From: Prasinococcaceae sp. CCMP 1430
Lineage: Eukaryota > Plantae > Prasinodermophyta
Reading direction: 5' to 3'
Length of the DNA stretch: 21,407 nt
NCBI GenBank assembly: GCA_013416795.1
Contig: RQSC01001337.1
Location: forward strand, 59,879 to 81,285
In this document: in pieces, positions 20,137 through 21,407 of the stretch
Position numbering within the stretch: position 1 is the first letter of the stretch
Layout: the number at the start of each line of letters is the position of its first letter
The notes under the pieces: generated by a model
Database searches by the model: none
Seen by the model: the letters and a program-made list of their open reading frames with translations, nothing else
What the model was told of the DNA's origin: nothing
Position numbers and translations under genes: made by a program

Positions 20137-21407
20137 TCACGCCTCGCTGCGGTGCACCGCCATGACGGCGTGGCCCGACCACTTGAGGAGCGTCGCGCGC
20201 ACCTCGTCGAAGCCGATCCACTCGCGCGGGCGCTGGCCCTTGCGCGCGCACAGCACCTGCCGCACCGCGCGGCCGCCGCCGTCCGGGCGCCACTCGCGCA
20301 TGGCGCCGATCTGTGCGCGGCGCGGGCGCGGGTGTCAGCGGGTGTCAGCGCCCGCGCCGGCCAGCCGCCCCGGCGAGCGCCGCGCAGGCGCGCGACGCAC
20401 CAGCGCGTAGTGGTTGTGGAGGTGGTACACGAGCGCCGTGCGCGGCCTGGAGAAGGCGTCGCGCAGCGCCGCCCACTGCTCGTCCGCCGCGCCGTCGCCG
20501 TCGCCCCGCGCGACGCACGCGGCGCACTTGCGCCCCTTGACGCGCCTGCTGAGCACGTAGCTCACGCGGGGCTCGCCCAGCGCGCCGCCGGCGGCCGACG
20601 CCGCGCCGCCGACGCCGCCCTCGGCGCCCGTGTAGTCGGCGCTCGCCTCGTATGCGCGGCGCAGGCCCGCGCCGAGCGCCCAGTTGCCGAAGGCGCTCGT
20701 GGAGGGCCGCGCGCGCTCGACGCGTCGCAGGCCGCGCAGCTTCTCGAGGTACTCGCCGACGGGCGCCTCCCACTCCCACCACGACACGAGCTGCCCCGCG
20801 CGCGCGCCGCGGCGCGCGCCGCCCATCGCGAGCGCGGCGACGAGCCCCTCCTCGCCCTCGGCGTCGTCCCCGCCGTCCCCGCCGTCCCCGCCCGCTTCGC
20901 CGCTCTCGCCCCCGTCGACCAGGTCGGAGCCCGCCTCGCCGTCGCCGCCGCCGCCCTCTCCCTCGTTCCCGCCCGCCGCGCCGACGCTCGCAGCGGCCGC
21001 CGCCTTCTCGTCGATGGCGCGCTTGATCTCCGCGTACAGCGGGACGAGCCCCGGCGGAGGGCCGCCCTCGCCGCCAGGGCCGCCAAGGCCGCCCTCGCCG
21101 AGCTCGGCGGCTCGCGCATGCGCGTCCTCCACAATTCGCCTCACGAGCGCCGTCAGCCGGCGCTTGGTGGGCCCGCCCTCCTTCTTGCCCGGCTTGGCGG
21201 CCAGCGCCGCGCCCCCGGCGGCGAGGCGCGCGTCCAGCTCGACGACGAGCGCCCGGAGGCCCTCGCCGCCGCGCGCGGCGAGGCCCGCCTCGAGCCGCGC
21301 GAGCCTGTCGCGAAGGAGGGCTGCGAGGTGCGCGCACGCGTCGTCCTGCGTGAGCGCCGCGGCGTGGCCGCGCGGCACGCCGGTGGCGGCGTTCCACGCG
21401 CCCGCGA
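20137..21407 (-). CDS. Conserved-looking protein of unknown function (weak resemblance to BIVM/papain-like-fold proteins), 5'-partial; exons >21407-20401 and 20310-20137, 90-nt intron 20400-20311
   Basis: Very high GC3 frame open to the window end. Splicing CTG|GTGCGT...GCTGAC...CACAG|ATC gives LVYHLHNHYAL|IGAMREW...RQVLCARKGQRPREWIGFDEVRATLLKWSGHAVMAVHRSEA*. The last exon is absent from the ORF track. Confidence 0.75.

Noticed and set aside
188-21397. The many long overlapping or antisense Arg/Ala/Pro-rich ORFs in the track (e.g. 13004..15361 -, 14752..16500 +, 9884..11137 +, 974..2113 -)
   Set aside because: These are shadow ORFs caused by high GC, lying on alternative frames of genes with recognisable motifs.
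1-21407. CRISPR array, transposase, viral or prokaryotic operon-type system
   Set aside because: No spaced direct repeats, transposase/RT/integrase motifs or terminal repeats were seen. Spliceosomal introns and eukaryote-specific genes show this is nuclear eukaryotic DNA.

Overview
High-GC, gene-dense eukaryotic nuclear DNA, most consistent with a green alga (prasinophyte-like): short GT(GCGC)-AG introns with GCTRAC branch sites, TGTAA motifs just after stop codons, and TTTAGGG/telo-box-like motifs in AT-richer intergenic DNA. It has two assembly gaps (12056-12841, 16756-17279). Protein genes: HpcH/HpaI aldolase (5'-partial), MRT4, a large J-domain protein, a DHU1-like LRR+WD40 protein, a FAM98-family protein, a SulP/SLC26 anion transporter, a hypothetical protein, and a 5'-partial conserved unknown protein. 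The best find, invisible in the ORF track, is a tRNA-Leu(CAA) gene on the minus strand (18307-18460) split by two introns: a canonical 37/38 intron and a non-canonical hairpin insertion in the D-loop that breaks the Pol III A-box. Second is the SulP transporter, which carries a pair of EF-hands inserted in the loop after TM5. A compact structured intergenic element at about 11036-11171 is a candidate ncRNA. All family calls come from motif recognition by eye; no searches were run.
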